From contig OY761158.1 of the NCBI GenBank assembly GCA_963664405.1, forward strand, positions 2,720,001-2,784,000: 64,000 nt of DNA, written 5' to 3'. Every line of letters begins with the position of its first letter. Position 1 is the first letter of the stretch. Positions 29,946-39,146 of this stretch are shown here, one piece after another. A program made the position numbers and the translations under genes. A model generated the notes under the pieces. It saw nothing but the letters and a program-made list of their open reading frames with translations, ran no database searches and was not told the origin of the DNA. The stretch is from Thermoanaerobaculia bacterium. Lineage in GTDB: Bacteria > Acidobacteriota > Thermoanaerobaculia > Multivoradales > Multivoraceae.

Positions 29946-31579
29946 CCCGAACGTCGACCAACATCGCTGCCGCCCTACCGGCGATGGCAGCGCTCCAGCC
30001 GGAGACCATGGCGATCGCCTGGCCCGACGGGCGAGGCGGCTTCTCCGAGTGCACCTTCCGCGAGCTCGATGAGGACAGCAGCCGCCTCGCCGCGGCACTG
30101 AGGGCCTACGGCATCGGCCGAGGCACCCGCACCGTGGTGATGATCCCGCCTAGTCTCGACCTCTTCGCCCTCACCTTCGGGCTCTTCAAGGCCGGCATCG
30201 TGCCAGTCATGGTGGACCCTGGCATGGGCCTCGCGAATCTGAAGACGTGCCTAGCGGAAGCAGAGCCGCAGGCCTTCATCGGGGTCGCCAAGGCCCACGC
30301 CGCCCGTGTGATCCTGGGCTGGGCCAAGGGCAGCATCCGGCTGCGGGTTACCGCCGGACGCAGGCTCTTCTGGGGCGGCACGACCCTAAGCAAGCTGCGC
30401 GCCTCTGCACCCAAGCCCATGGAAGCTGTGGACACCGAGGAGGACGAGGTCGCTGCCATCCTCTTCACCAGCGGCTCCACCGGCGTACCCAAAGGCGCCA
30501 TCTACACCCACGGAAACTTCCTCGCGCAGCTGCAGCGTCTGAAGGAGCACTACGGCATCGAGCCGGGGGAGATCGACCTGCCGACATTCCCCCTCTTCGC
30601 GCTTTTCGATCCAGGCCTCGGGATGAGCGCCGTCATCCCGGAAATGGACCCGACCCGGCCGGCGAGCGTCGACCCTGAAAAGATCCTCACCGCCATCACC
30701 AAGTACAGCGTTACCAACACCTTCGGTTCCCCAGCTCTGCTTCACAAGGTGGGAAGCTGGGGCGCTGCTCGCGGCATCAAACTACCGACTCTGCGCCGGG
30801 TCATATCTGCGGGGGCGCCGGTCCAAGCGACAGTGCTCGAGCGCTTCGCACAAATGCTCCCTGAGGGTGCCGAGATCCATACACCCTATGGCGCCACCGA
30901 AGCGTTGCCAGTCAGCTCGATCGGCAGCCGCGAGATCCTCGCCGAGACGGCGGCCGCAACCAACCGAGGTCGAGGCGTGTGCGTCGGGCTTCCGGTCCAG
31001 CCCATGGAAGTGAGGGTCATCAGCATCGACGATGGCCCCATCGCCACTTGGTCGAAGGACCTCGAGGTGCCGGCCGGCGAGATCGGCGAGATCACCGTCA
31101 AAGGACCTGTCGTCACCCGCGCCTACTACGGGCGCAACAACGCTACGGCCCTGGCGAAGATCGCGGATCCCGAGGGCGGCTTCTGGCACCGCATGGGCGA
31201 CGTCGGCTACCTGGACGAGCACGGTAGGCTCTGGTTCTGCGGGCGCAAGGCCCACCGGGTCGAGCTCACCGACAACACCCTGTATCCGGTGCAGTGCGAG
31301 GCCATCTTCAACCTCCACCCAGACGTGTACCGGACCGCGCTGGTTGGCGTACAGCGCAATCGAGAGACCCTGCCGGTGCTCTGCGTTGAGCTGCACAAAG
31401 ATCGCCCTGCAGACCACGACAGGGTCGAGGTAGAGCTGCGCACAACTGCCGCTGAGAGCGAGTTGACGAAACCCATCGACACCTTTCTCTTTCACGACGA
31501 CTTCCCAGTAGATGCCCGCCACAACGCGAAGATCTTCCGCGAGAAGCTGGCGGTCTGGGCCACCGGCAGGATCTCGTGA
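29942..31579 (+). CDS. oleC: OleC beta-lactone synthetase (AMP-forming)
   Basis: FTSGSTGVPKG, DLPTFPLFALF, YGATEALP, WHRMGD, FPVDARHNAKI. Confidence 0.93.
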   Translation: MTRTSTNIAAALPAMAALQPETMAIAWPDGRGGFSECTFRELDEDSSRLAAALRAYGIGRGTRTVVMIPPSLDLFALTFGLFKAGIVPVMVDPGMGLANLKTCLAEAEPQAFIGVAKAHAARVILGWAKGSIRLRVTAGRRLFWGGTTLSKLRASAPKPMEAVDTEEDEVAAILFTSGSTGVPKGAIYTHGNFLAQLQRLKEHYGIEPGEIDLPTFPLFALFDPGLGMSAVIPEMDPTRPASVDPEKILTAITKYSVTNTFGSPALLHKVGSWGAARGIKLPTLRRVISAGAPVQATVLERFAQMLPEGAEIHTPYGATEALPVSSIGSREILAETAAATNRGRGVCVGLPVQPMEVRVISIDDGPIATWSKDLEVPAGEIGEITVKGPVVTRAYYGRNNATALAKIADPEGGFWHRMGDVGYLDEHGRLWFCGRKAHRVELTDNTLYPVQCEAIFNLHPDVYRTALVGVQRNRETLPVLCVELHKDRPADHDRVEVELRTTAAESELTKPIDTFLFHDDFPVDARHNAKIFREKLAVWATGRIS

Positions 31580-32562
31580 AAGCGCTCGTTACCGGCGGCG
31601 GAGGCTTCCTCGGTCTTGCGGTCGTGCGCAAGCTGAGGGAGCGCGGCGACGAAGTGCGCTCTTTTTCCCGCAGCGCATATCCTGCCCTCGACGATCTCGG
31701 GGCTGAAAGCGTGCGGGGAGATCTCGCTGAGGAGACGGACATCATCGACGCTGCGAGCGGGTGCGACATCGTCTTCCATTTGGCAGCCAAAGCCGGGGTC
31801 TGGGGCCCCGCGTCCTCTTACGAGCGCACCAACGTGGTCGGTACCGACAACGTACTCAAGGCATGCGGCGCAGCGGCAATCAAGCGTCTCGTCTACACCA
31901 GCACTCCAAGCGTGACCTTCGCCGGCACCGATCAGATCGGCGTTGACGAGAGCGCACCGTACCCGGAGCGCTACCTGAACGACTACTCCCGAACCAAATC
32001 CATCGCCGAGCGCCGAGTGCTCGAGAGCAATGGCGAGAATCTCGCGACAGTGTCGCTGCGTCCCCACCTGATCTGGGGTCCAGGTGATCCGCACCTTGTC
32101 CCTCGTCTCCTTGACAGAGCCCGCTCCGGCCGCCTACGCCTGCTGGGTGATCGCCCCAACCAGGTGGACTCGGTCTATGTCGATAACGCCGCCGACGCGC
32201 ACATCCTGGCGGCCGATCGGCTGGCACCAGGCTCGGCCATCGCAGGCAAGGCGTACTTCATCACCCAGGGCGAGCCCCTCGCACTGGCGGACCTGATCAA
32301 CCGCATCCTGGCGGCCGGGGGCTTGGCGCCGGTAGAGCGCAGAATCTCGCCGCGCCTCGCGTACTTCCTTGGCGCGGCGTTGGAGGGCGCTTACGGGCTG
32401 CTCGGCATCGACCGCGAGCCCCCGATGACCCGCTTCGTAGCGCGGCAACTCTCGACCGCGCATTGGTTCGACATCTCCGCAGCGCGGCGCGACCTCGGTT
32501 ACGCTCCCGCAATCAGCCTCGATGAAGGAATGAAACGGCTCGCTTCCTCGCTCGCCGGGTAG
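31576..32562 (+). CDS. oleD: OleD 2-alkyl-3-oxoalkanoate reductase (3-beta-HSD-like SDR)
   Basis: TGGGGFLG, HLAAKAGVWG, YTSTPSV, YSRTK, LRPHLIWGPGD. Confidence 0.93.
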   Translation: MKALVTGGGGFLGLAVVRKLRERGDEVRSFSRSAYPALDDLGAESVRGDLAEETDIIDAASGCDIVFHLAAKAGVWGPASSYERTNVVGTDNVLKACGAAAIKRLVYTSTPSVTFAGTDQIGVDESAPYPERYLNDYSRTKSIAERRVLESNGENLATVSLRPHLIWGPGDPHLVPRLLDRARSGRLRLLGDRPNQVDSVYVDNAADAHILAADRLAPGSAIAGKAYFITQGEPLALADLINRILAAGGLAPVERRISPRLAYFLGAALEGAYGLLGIDREPPMTRFVARQLSTAHWFDISAARRDLGYAPAISLDEGMKRLASSLAG

Positions 32563-32563
32563 A

Positions 32564-33259
32564 ATGGAGCCGAGACGCCTAGCGGACCCCGGTGGTGTCC
32601 AGCTCTGGCTAGTGGAAGACACCGGCACGGCGCTCGCGGACGCCGGGCTCCAGGAGCTTCTCAGCGACGACGAGCGAAAGCGCGCTTCCCGGTTCAAGGT
32701 CACATCCGCACACCGCTCCTTCGTCGTTTCGAGAGGTTTCCTTCGCAGGATCCTCGGCGGCGCCCTCGGTTGTCGTCCCGACTCGCTCCGATTCGGCGAG
32801 GGAGAGCACGGCAAGCCCTTCCTCACGGGTCCCCACGTGGCAAGCGGGCTGGAGTTCAATGTCACCCACTCCGGCAGCATCTTCCTCTATGCCATGACCA
32901 AGGCCAGGAGCGTCGGGGTGGATGTCGAGTTGAAGAAGGAGGGCCTCGAAGTGGAGAAAATGGCTCGGAGGTACTTCGCGCCGGGTGAGGCGCGTCGCCT
33001 CTGCGAGCTGGAGCTTTCCAAAGATCGATTGGACTGCTTCTACCGCTGCTGGACCCGAAAAGAGGCCTACCTGAAGGCGCGAGGCACGGGCCTGACCGCG
33101 AAGCTCGAGGCCTTCGAGGTCACCTTTCTGCCCGGCGTCCCGCCGGCCCTTGTCAACACCGAAGTCGCTGGCGAGGACCCCGCCGCCTGGAGGGTCTTCG
33201 ACGTCCCGGTACCCGACGGCTACGTCGCCGCTCTGGTGGTACGAGGCGTTGGTGCATGA
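32564..33259 (+). CDS. Sfp-type 4'-phosphopantetheinyl transferase (PfaE role)
   Basis: GKP, FNVTHSG, VGVDVE, WTRKEAYLKA. Starts 1 nt after the oleD stop. Confidence 0.93.
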   Translation: MEPRRLADPGGVQLWLVEDTGTALADAGLQELLSDDERKRASRFKVTSAHRSFVVSRGFLRRILGGALGCRPDSLRFGEGEHGKPFLTGPHVASGLEFNVTHSGSIFLYAMTKARSVGVDVELKKEGLEVEKMARRYFAPGEARRLCELELSKDRLDCFYRCWTRKEAYLKARGTGLTAKLEAFEVTFLPGVPPALVNTEVAGEDPAAWRVFDVPVPDGYVAALVVRGVGA

Positions 33260-33497
33260 ATCGACTTCGGCCCCGACGGTTGTCGTTCCTCAAAACTCGT
33301 CCGGCGGCAGAAAGGTGGTTTCGTAGGCACGGAGTTCGGCCGGCAGCCCGGTCTGAGCTCCCCAAAGGACGACGGCAACGGTCGAGATGAAGGACGACTC
33401 GTGGGCAGTGCGCTGCTGGCGGTATCAGTGCCCAGCGAAGCCCCCTTGCCTCCAGAAGGCAGCCTGCGGAGGAGAAGCCGAGACCGAGATCGCGTGT

Positions 33498-33693
33498 TCA
33501 GGCGGCTTCGCGCCATTCGTATCGGTGATGGAGCCCTCCGACACGAGGCATCGAGACGACCTTCGCGGTCGGCGCCGGGGGCGGTGTCACGGGCCGGCTA
33601 GACGGAGTGTCCTTGCGGAATGGCTCGCGCAGCTGCTGGACCACCCAGTCGGCCGCTCGGGTTGAAGGTGGCGTTGAAGTGAAGGATTCGCGC
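33498..33693 (-). mobile_element. Internally deleted integrase-core (rve) transposase remnant
   Basis: Minus strand gives 'RILHFNATFNP..WVVQQLR' and terminal 'VVSMPRVGGLHHRYEWREAA*'. Confidence 0.7.
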
Positions 33694-33770
33694 TCACCCC
33701 TTCGGGTTGATTGTTCGGCTGCGAATCCGTCTCGGCGGCTGCAAGGAGAGCAGAAGAAACAGCAAGTGAT

Positions 33771-33986
33771 CTAAGAGGCGACGACGACGTACTCCGCGAT
33801 CGTCGAGGATTCAGGGACGGGAAGTCCGTCCTCTATCAGGCCGTCGATGTGCATCTTGAGGGCTTCATACATGCTGGCTTCAGCGTCTTCCTGGGAGTCA
33901 CCCGTGGCGACGCAGCCTGGTACATCCGGCGAGTAGGCCGAATAGTTGGTCCCGGCCTTTTCGACGACGATCAGAAAACGATGCAT
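33771..33986 (-). CDS. hicB: HicB-like antitoxin
   Basis: 'YSAYSPDVPGCVATGDSQEDA...EALKMHI..L.EDGLPVP'. Confidence 0.93.
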   Translation of the reverse strand: MHRFLIVVEKAGTNYSAYSPDVPGCVATGDSQEDAEASMYEALKMHIDGLIEDGLPVPESSTIAEYVVVAS

Positions 33987-33997
33987 TCTTTGTTCAC

Positions 33998-34181
33998 CTA
34001 CTTGAGTCGTGCTTGTTTCAAGATGCTGTTCAGTGTGCCGGGGGCCAGATCGTGGCTTGCCCTACCGGCGATCGTGACGCGCCCCGGCTTTTCGGGGTGC
34101 TTGTATTGGCGATGGGCCTTTGGTTGTTACGAGGTACCAGCCGTTCTTCTCTATCATCCGGATAGCATCGCGAACCTTCAC
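33998..34181 (-). pseudogene. hicA: HicA toxin, frameshifted (2-nt deletion in the GSH motif)
   Basis: VKVRDAIRMIEKNGWYLVTTKG / HRQYKHPEKPGRVTIAG..HDLAPGTLNSILKQARLK*. 184 nt; the Ser codon before the catalytic His is reduced to one base. Confidence 0.9.
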
Positions 34182-34668
34182 TACTCCGATTCTAGCCTGG
34201 CGACCGCTCGTTGTATCGGATCTGAAGTCCTATCGGCTTCTTGAGGGCAGCGAACGGAGGGTAAGAAACGGGCTCTTGCCGAGAATCCTCCCGAAAGATT
34301 CCGCAAGATCTCCACGTGGCTGCTTGCTGCTCAAAGGCCCAGTGCGCGAGATCAGTCCGGCGTTCATTGAAGCACGTTTCGAAGTCGCTCGAGCTGCCTG
34401 AGCCATTGGAGCAAATAGTTCCAACTGGCGTAACGTGGGGATACCAGCGTTGCATTGGGTGTCTGAATCGCAGGCAAGTCGCTGAAGCGAGGCGGCGCAC
34501 CCTGATGCCATGCCCACGCGCATGAAGAACCTGCACGACCTCGCAGAAGCGTACGAGGAGATGGTGGAAGAGATGAGGCTCGCCCTCGAGCAAGAGAGAT
34601 TCGAAGCCGAATCAGATGAGCGGCTACACGAGAGTGAGTCGAACCCAACCGACTCAAGGGCATCTATC

Positions 34669-34696
34669 TTGACAGGGTAGGGGAGAGGGGTAAGGT
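34669..34696 (+). promoter_or_regulatory. Sigma70-like promoter of addiction-module antitoxin
   Basis: TTGACA-16 nt-TAAGGT, 7 nt before the ATG at 34704. Confidence 0.5.
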
Positions 34697-34703
34697 GGAG
34701 AGC

Positions 34704-34925
34704 ATGACGAAAACCGAGGTACAAAAGGAGTTGGAGCGTCTTCCTCTTGACGAACAGATCGAGCTCGCGGGCGAGGTGATGGAGCGAGCTGCCCCAGAAG
34801 AAGGCTTCACGTTGAGCGATGAGCTCAAGCAAGAGCTCGTGGCGCGACGCGACGAAGCGATCGCACATCCGGAGAGAGGCATTCCCTATGAGGAGGTGCG
34901 CGAAAGACTCTTCAAGGGTCTATGA
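34704..34925 (+). CDS. Putative addiction module antitoxin (TIGR02574-like); cognate toxin missing
   Basis: 'L.RLPLDEQIELA..VM...ELVARR...HPERGIPYEEVRERL'. The overlapping ATGA start that follows gives only MKVPFGARSRT*. Confidence 0.85.
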   Translation: MTKTEVQKELERLPLDEQIELAGEVMERAAPEEGFTLSDELKQELVARRDEAIAHPERGIPYEEVRERLFKGL

Positions 34926-35040
34926 AGGTTCCCTTTGGTGCTCGGAGTCGTACATGACGCGCGTCATCCACGAAGTTGGCGGGACCGTCGCTAGATAGAT
35001 ACGCGCGTATCCGAGTGTCTCGGTGAAGGGCGGGAAGCGT

Positions 35041-35655
35041 TCACTTGGTGGTTTCCGTCCGACATTCCCGGAGATAGTTGGTGACGGTCTGACGATTGAC
35101 ACCGAGCTCCCGAGCGATCGCGCGTTTCGACTTGCCGGATGCAGCGAGATCGCGGATCTGTTTCTGTTTGGCTTCCGGGATCCGAGGTCGGGAGATCTGT
35201 TTGCCTTGCGCACGAGCTCGGGCCATACCGGCACGCACGTTCTCTGAGATCTGCTCGCGCTCGAGCTCCGCAAAGCCAGCGATCACCGTGAAGAAGAATC
35301 TTCCCTGGGGTGTCGTGGTGTCGATGTTCTCGGAGTAGGAGATGAAGTCGACATCGAGGGCGCGAAACTCCTCGAGTGAGTTGATGAGCTCCCGAGTCGA
35401 GCGAGCGAAGCGGTTGTAGCGATAGACGAGAACAACGTCGACCTGGCGCTTGCGCACGCGGTCGAGAAGTTCCTGGTACTTCTCGCGATCCGTCGTTCCA
35501 CCACTGGCATGGTCAACAAACTCGTCGGCGACACTCCAGCCGTCGTGGTGACGTACGAGATCTCGAAGCACCCGAAGCTGTGTCTCTGGGTCTTGGTTCT
35601 TGTCGATGGTCGAGACCCTGGCGTAGATCGCGACACGTTTGGTGGATGAGGGCAT
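35041..35655 (-). CDS. Serine recombinase (resolvase/invertase) with C-terminal HTH
   Basis: 'IYARVST...Q', 'D.ASG...R', 'RFARS', 'IDTTTPQGR...FAELER.I.E.V.AG', HTH 'SKRAIARELGVNRQTV'. Confidence 0.95.
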   Translation of the reverse strand: MPSSTKRVAIYARVSTIDKNQDPETQLRVLRDLVRHHDGWSVADEFVDHASGGTTDREKYQELLDRVRKRQVDVVLVYRYNRFARSTRELINSLEEFRALDVDFISYSENIDTTTPQGRFFFTVIAGFAELEREQISENVRAGMARARAQGKQISRPRIPEAKQKQIRDLAASGKSKRAIARELGVNRQTVTNYLRECRTETTK

Positions 35656-35665
35656 AGATGGGGTG

Positions 35666-35763
35666 GCTAAAAAGGGTAGTCAGATTAGAGCCTCGAAAAC
35701 CCCTATTCCATAAGGGTCAAGAGGGGAGCTCAAGGCAGTGCTAAAAAGGACTTCCTATTTAGC
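35666..35763. promoter_or_regulatory. Putative res site (multiple recombinase-binding subsites)
   Basis: GCTAAAAAGG at 35666, ACCCCTAT..ATAAGGGT dyad at 35699-35717, and palindrome GCTAAAAAGG-ACTT-CCTATTTAGC at 35740-35763, directly upstream of the resolvase. Confidence 0.6.
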
Positions 35764-35926
35764 CACCATAGCAACGCCTCGCAAGAATGCAAGCGGGGAA
35801 GCCGGTGGCGTCTTCTGCCTTGGAAGGTGCAACTCTGGCACCTTCCGTCTGTGGACAACTCCCCGTGGTTGCTGGTTTTCGCCTCGATGGGGGAGGGAGT
35901 GTTGGCACACTTCGTGGCGGAAGGTG
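35739..35926 (+). repeat. Cassette-leader repeat, copy 1
   Basis: Palindrome 35740-35763 plus 122-bp core 35805-35926, which differs at 4 positions from 38913-39035. Confidence 0.95.
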
Positions 35927-36021
35927 CCAGGACAGGGGAGACTTGCTTTTTGTTGCGCTCTCGGAAGCGGGGGTTGCGCCACCCGCTTGGCGCGCCTTGG
36001 CGGTAGACTCTCCTCCACATC

Positions 36022-38697
36022 ATGGCGCTAGAAGCTGGCACTCGCCTCGGCCACTACGAAGTGGTCTCCTCGCTAGGTGCGGGAGGCATGGGAGAAGTGT
36101 ATCGAGCCAAGGACACGAAGCTCGGTCGCGAGGTAGCGGTCAAACTCCTGCTCGACGAGGTCTCCACAGATCCTGAGCGTCTAGCTCGCTTCGAGCGCGA
36201 GGCGCGGGTTCTGGCCTCGCTCAACCACAAGAACATCGCCAGCCTCCACGCCTTCGAGCGGGAGGGTGACACGGGCTTCCTGGTCATGGAACTGGTCGAG
36301 GGCGAGACTCTGGCCGATCGGATTGCTCACGGCCCAATCCCCGTCGAGGAGGCGATCCCGCTCTTTCTCCAAATCGCCGAGGGCCTGGAGGCAGCGCACG
36401 AGAAGGGAGTGATCCACCGGGATCTCAAACCCGCGAACATCAAGGTCACCGACGACGGGAACGTCAAGATTCTTGACTTCGGTCTGGCCAAGGCAATGGC
36501 TCCGGCAACGGGCCCGGAGAGCGACCCTTCGGAGTCGCCCACGCTGACCCAGGCGGCCACGCTCCGGGGCCAGATTCTCGGCACGGCGGCCTACATGTCG
36601 CCCGAGCAAGCCAAGGGGAAAGAGGTCGATAGAAGGGCCGACGTCTGGGCCTTCGGCGTGTGTCTCTACGAGTCGCTGACGGGATCGAGGGCGTTCCGCG
36701 GCGACGATGCCGCCGACACGCTGGCAGCGGTACTCAGAGCGGAGATCGACTGGGGCAAGCTCCCCCCGGCGACGCCGAGAGCGATCAGGAGACTGCTCCG
36801 ACGGTGTTTGACGAAGGACCCGCGGGAGCGCCTTCACGACATCGCCGACGTCCGGATCGAGATCCGAGGAGTGCTCGAGCAGCCGGACATCGACGCGCCA
36901 GCCGGTGGCGAGACGGCGCCTGCCAAGCGTCAGGTATCGGCGGTCTTTGCCGGAGCACTCGCCCTCCTAACTCTGGCGGCCGGTCTCGTCCTCGGCTTCG
37001 TCCTGCCCCGGAGCGGAGGCGATGCGGCGAGCGACGCTGCCTCCGACGACACCTGGACGGTCACGGCTCTCGACCTCGTCGAGGCAGCTCCGGGTCAGCG
37101 CTTCCGGCTCTCTCCGGACGGTCGGATGGTGGTTTTCCGTCGTCGCGAGGGAGCCAACAGCAGCCTCTACCGGCGCTCTCTCGACTCCCTGGTCGCCGAG
37201 CGCATCTCCGGCAGTGACGGTGCCCGCAGGCCGATCTTCTCGCCCGACGGCAAACAGCTTGCCTTCGTGGACGCCGGGGGCAGTCTGAAGACGCTTCGCG
37301 TGGAGGGTGGAGGCGCCAGCGCTCTGGTGGAAGGGATCCGCAGGGCCGGTGTCTGGGGGCGCGATGGCTTCCTCTACTACACGCTTGGCCAAGGCAGGAC
37401 CACGTCTCTCGAGCTATGGCGGATTCCGGCGGGTGGGGGTGTCTCCGAGCAGGTGGGACATGGCTACGGGGGAGCGCTTCTGCCGGGTGAGCGGGTCGCC
37501 CTGGCCCACTTGAGATCCGAGCGTCCGGACGGCTTCTGGAGCGATGTTCGGGCGGTGGACCTCGAGACCGGCCAGGAACGGGTTCTCCTCCCTGGGGCGC
37601 AGCCGTTCTATCTCGATCCGGGTTTTTTGGTCTTCTATCGCGAAGGCGGACTGTGGGCGGCGCCAATCGATCCCGAGACCGGCGACCTCCTCGGTCCGGC
37701 GCGTCAGGTCGAGAACGGGGTGGCTCCGTTCCCCGGCATTGGCATCGATGTCGGCCGCTTCGCGCTCGCAGATTCGGGCGACCTGCTCTACGTTCCCGGG
37801 AGTCGGAGCGTGTCCCGGCTGGTTTGGGTGAGTCGGGACGGCCGGGACATCGAGGAGGTGGCGCCGGAGCGCAAGCCTTTCGGGGCGCCGCGACACTCCC
37901 TGGACTGGCTCCGGATCTCGGTCAGCGCCCGCGACGCCAAGGGGAACTCCGAGCAGTGGATGCTCGACCTCGAGACCGGCTCCTGGACCCGCCCGACCCA
38001 GGAGGGGAATCGCAACGCTGAGGCGATGTGGGTGCCCCCCGACGGCCAGGAGATCGCCTTCTTCTCGGATCGCTTCGAGGGGCGCTGGCAGATCTACATC
38101 CAGCCCGCCGATCGCGGGGCCCCGGCGGAGCGTCTCTTACCGTCGGAGCACAACCAGGGCGTGCTCGGCTTCTCCCCGAACGGGCGCTACATGCTCTACA
38201 CGAACTTCGATTTCCCCGGACTCTGGGCCTTCGACCGGGAGAGCGGAGAGTCCGAGACCCTCCTCGAGGGGAACGTGGTCGGCGCTGCTCGCTTCCACCC
38301 CGCCGGACGTTGGATCGCCTACTCGATGGTCGTTCAGGGACAGGGGGACGTCTGGATTCGGCCCTTCCCCGGTCCCGGCGAGCCGCGCCAGCTCACCTTC
38401 GACGGCGGCCAGGAGCCCGATTTCTCCCCCGAAGGCAGCGAGATCCTCTACCGCAGCCCGACCCACATGATGACGCTCCCGATCGAGATCTCCGGCGAGC
38501 GCTTCGTCACCCGGCGTCCCGAGCCACTCTTCGTGGATGATTACCTGCGCACACCCACGAGGCGCCAGACCTACGCCATCCACCCCGACGGTCGCTTCCT
38601 CATGATCCAGGCGACAGAGGCCGAGGAGGAGCGTCTAGTCTTGGTCCAGAACTGGCGGGCCAAGGTGCTCGAGATGTTCTCCGAGGGGGGCTCGTGA
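36022..38697 (+). CDS. Ser/Thr protein kinase with TM segment and TolB/PD40 beta-propeller
   Basis: GAGGMGEVY, VAVK, HRDLKPAN, DFG, YMSPEQ; TM helix; repeated FSPDG/WSP blades. Confidence 0.95.
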   Translation: MALEAGTRLGHYEVVSSLGAGGMGEVYRAKDTKLGREVAVKLLLDEVSTDPERLARFEREARVLASLNHKNIASLHAFEREGDTGFLVMELVEGETLADRIAHGPIPVEEAIPLFLQIAEGLEAAHEKGVIHRDLKPANIKVTDDGNVKILDFGLAKAMAPATGPESDPSESPTLTQAATLRGQILGTAAYMSPEQAKGKEVDRRADVWAFGVCLYESLTGSRAFRGDDAADTLAAVLRAEIDWGKLPPATPRAIRRLLRRCLTKDPRERLHDIADVRIEIRGVLEQPDIDAPAGGETAPAKRQVSAVFAGALALLTLAAGLVLGFVLPRSGGDAASDAASDDTWTVTALDLVEAAPGQRFRLSPDGRMVVFRRREGANSSLYRRSLDSLVAERISGSDGARRPIFSPDGKQLAFVDAGGSLKTLRVEGGGASALVEGIRRAGVWGRDGFLYYTLGQGRTTSLELWRIPAGGGVSEQVGHGYGGALLPGERVALAHLRSERPDGFWSDVRAVDLETGQERVLLPGAQPFYLDPGFLVFYREGGLWAAPIDPETGDLLGPARQVENGVAPFPGIGIDVGRFALADSGDLLYVPGSRSVSRLVWVSRDGRDIEEVAPERKPFGAPRHSLDWLRISVSARDAKGNSEQWMLDLETGSWTRPTQEGNRNAEAMWVPPDGQEIAFFSDRFEGRWQIYIQPADRGAPAERLLPSEHNQGVLGFSPNGRYMLYTNFDFPGLWAFDRESGESETLLEGNVVGAARFHPAGRWIAYSMVVQGQGDVWIRPFPGPGEPRQLTFDGGQEPDFSPEGSEILYRSPTHMMTLPIEISGERFVTRRPEPLFVDDYLRTPTRRQTYAIHPDGRFLMIQATEAEEERLVLVQNWRAKVLEMFSEGGS

Positions 38698-38769
38698 GCG
38701 AGAGCCTGTCGCCCCTAGAAGCGCTCTACGATATATATAGCGAAAGCGAATAAGCACCGGTACCGCTGA

Positions 38770-38798
38770 GCTGCACCTTTTCTAGTGGAAGGTGCAGC
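38770..38798. repeat. Hairpin carrying the GGAAGGTGC motif of the leader repeats
   Basis: GCTGCACCTT-TTCTAGTGG-AAGGTGCAGC. Confidence 0.7.
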
Positions 38799-38865
38799 GG
38801 GCAAGATCGACCAGTGTCGCGAGCCCGAGCGCGACCGTCTCCTAGTCGCGCACCTAGATGGCACA

Positions 38866-39035
38866 TGCTAAAAATGATCTCCTATTTAGCACCCACATAG
38901 CGACGTCTCGCTGTGGCGTCTTCTACCTTGGAAGGTGCAACTCTGGCACCTTCCGTCTGTGGACAACTCCCCGTGGTTGCTGGTTTTCGCCTCGAATAGG
39001 GGAGGGAGTGTTGGCACGCTTCGTGGCGGAAGGTG
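38866..39035 (+). repeat. Cassette-leader repeat, copy 2
   Basis: GCTAAAAATG-ATCT-CCTATTTAGC at 38867-38890 plus 123-bp core 38913-39035. Confidence 0.95.
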
Positions 39036-39146
39036 ATACGGCCTCGGCGCAACTCTGCAGCGTCTAGCCCCTACCGAGACTCTCGAAAGTACCTCCCGGT
39101 CCAGGACTACGTTATCCTGCTTGGTTTTAGACAAAGGAGACTAGGA

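Noticed and set aside
34510-34680. 56-aa acidic ORF (MPTRMKNLHDLAEAYEEM...)
   Set aside because: Short, no recognisable family, and it overlaps the downstream promoter, so it cannot be supported as a gene.
35901-35920. Sigma54 promoter in the leader repeats
   Set aside because: The TGGCAC -24 box is present, but the -12 position reads GG rather than GC in both copies.
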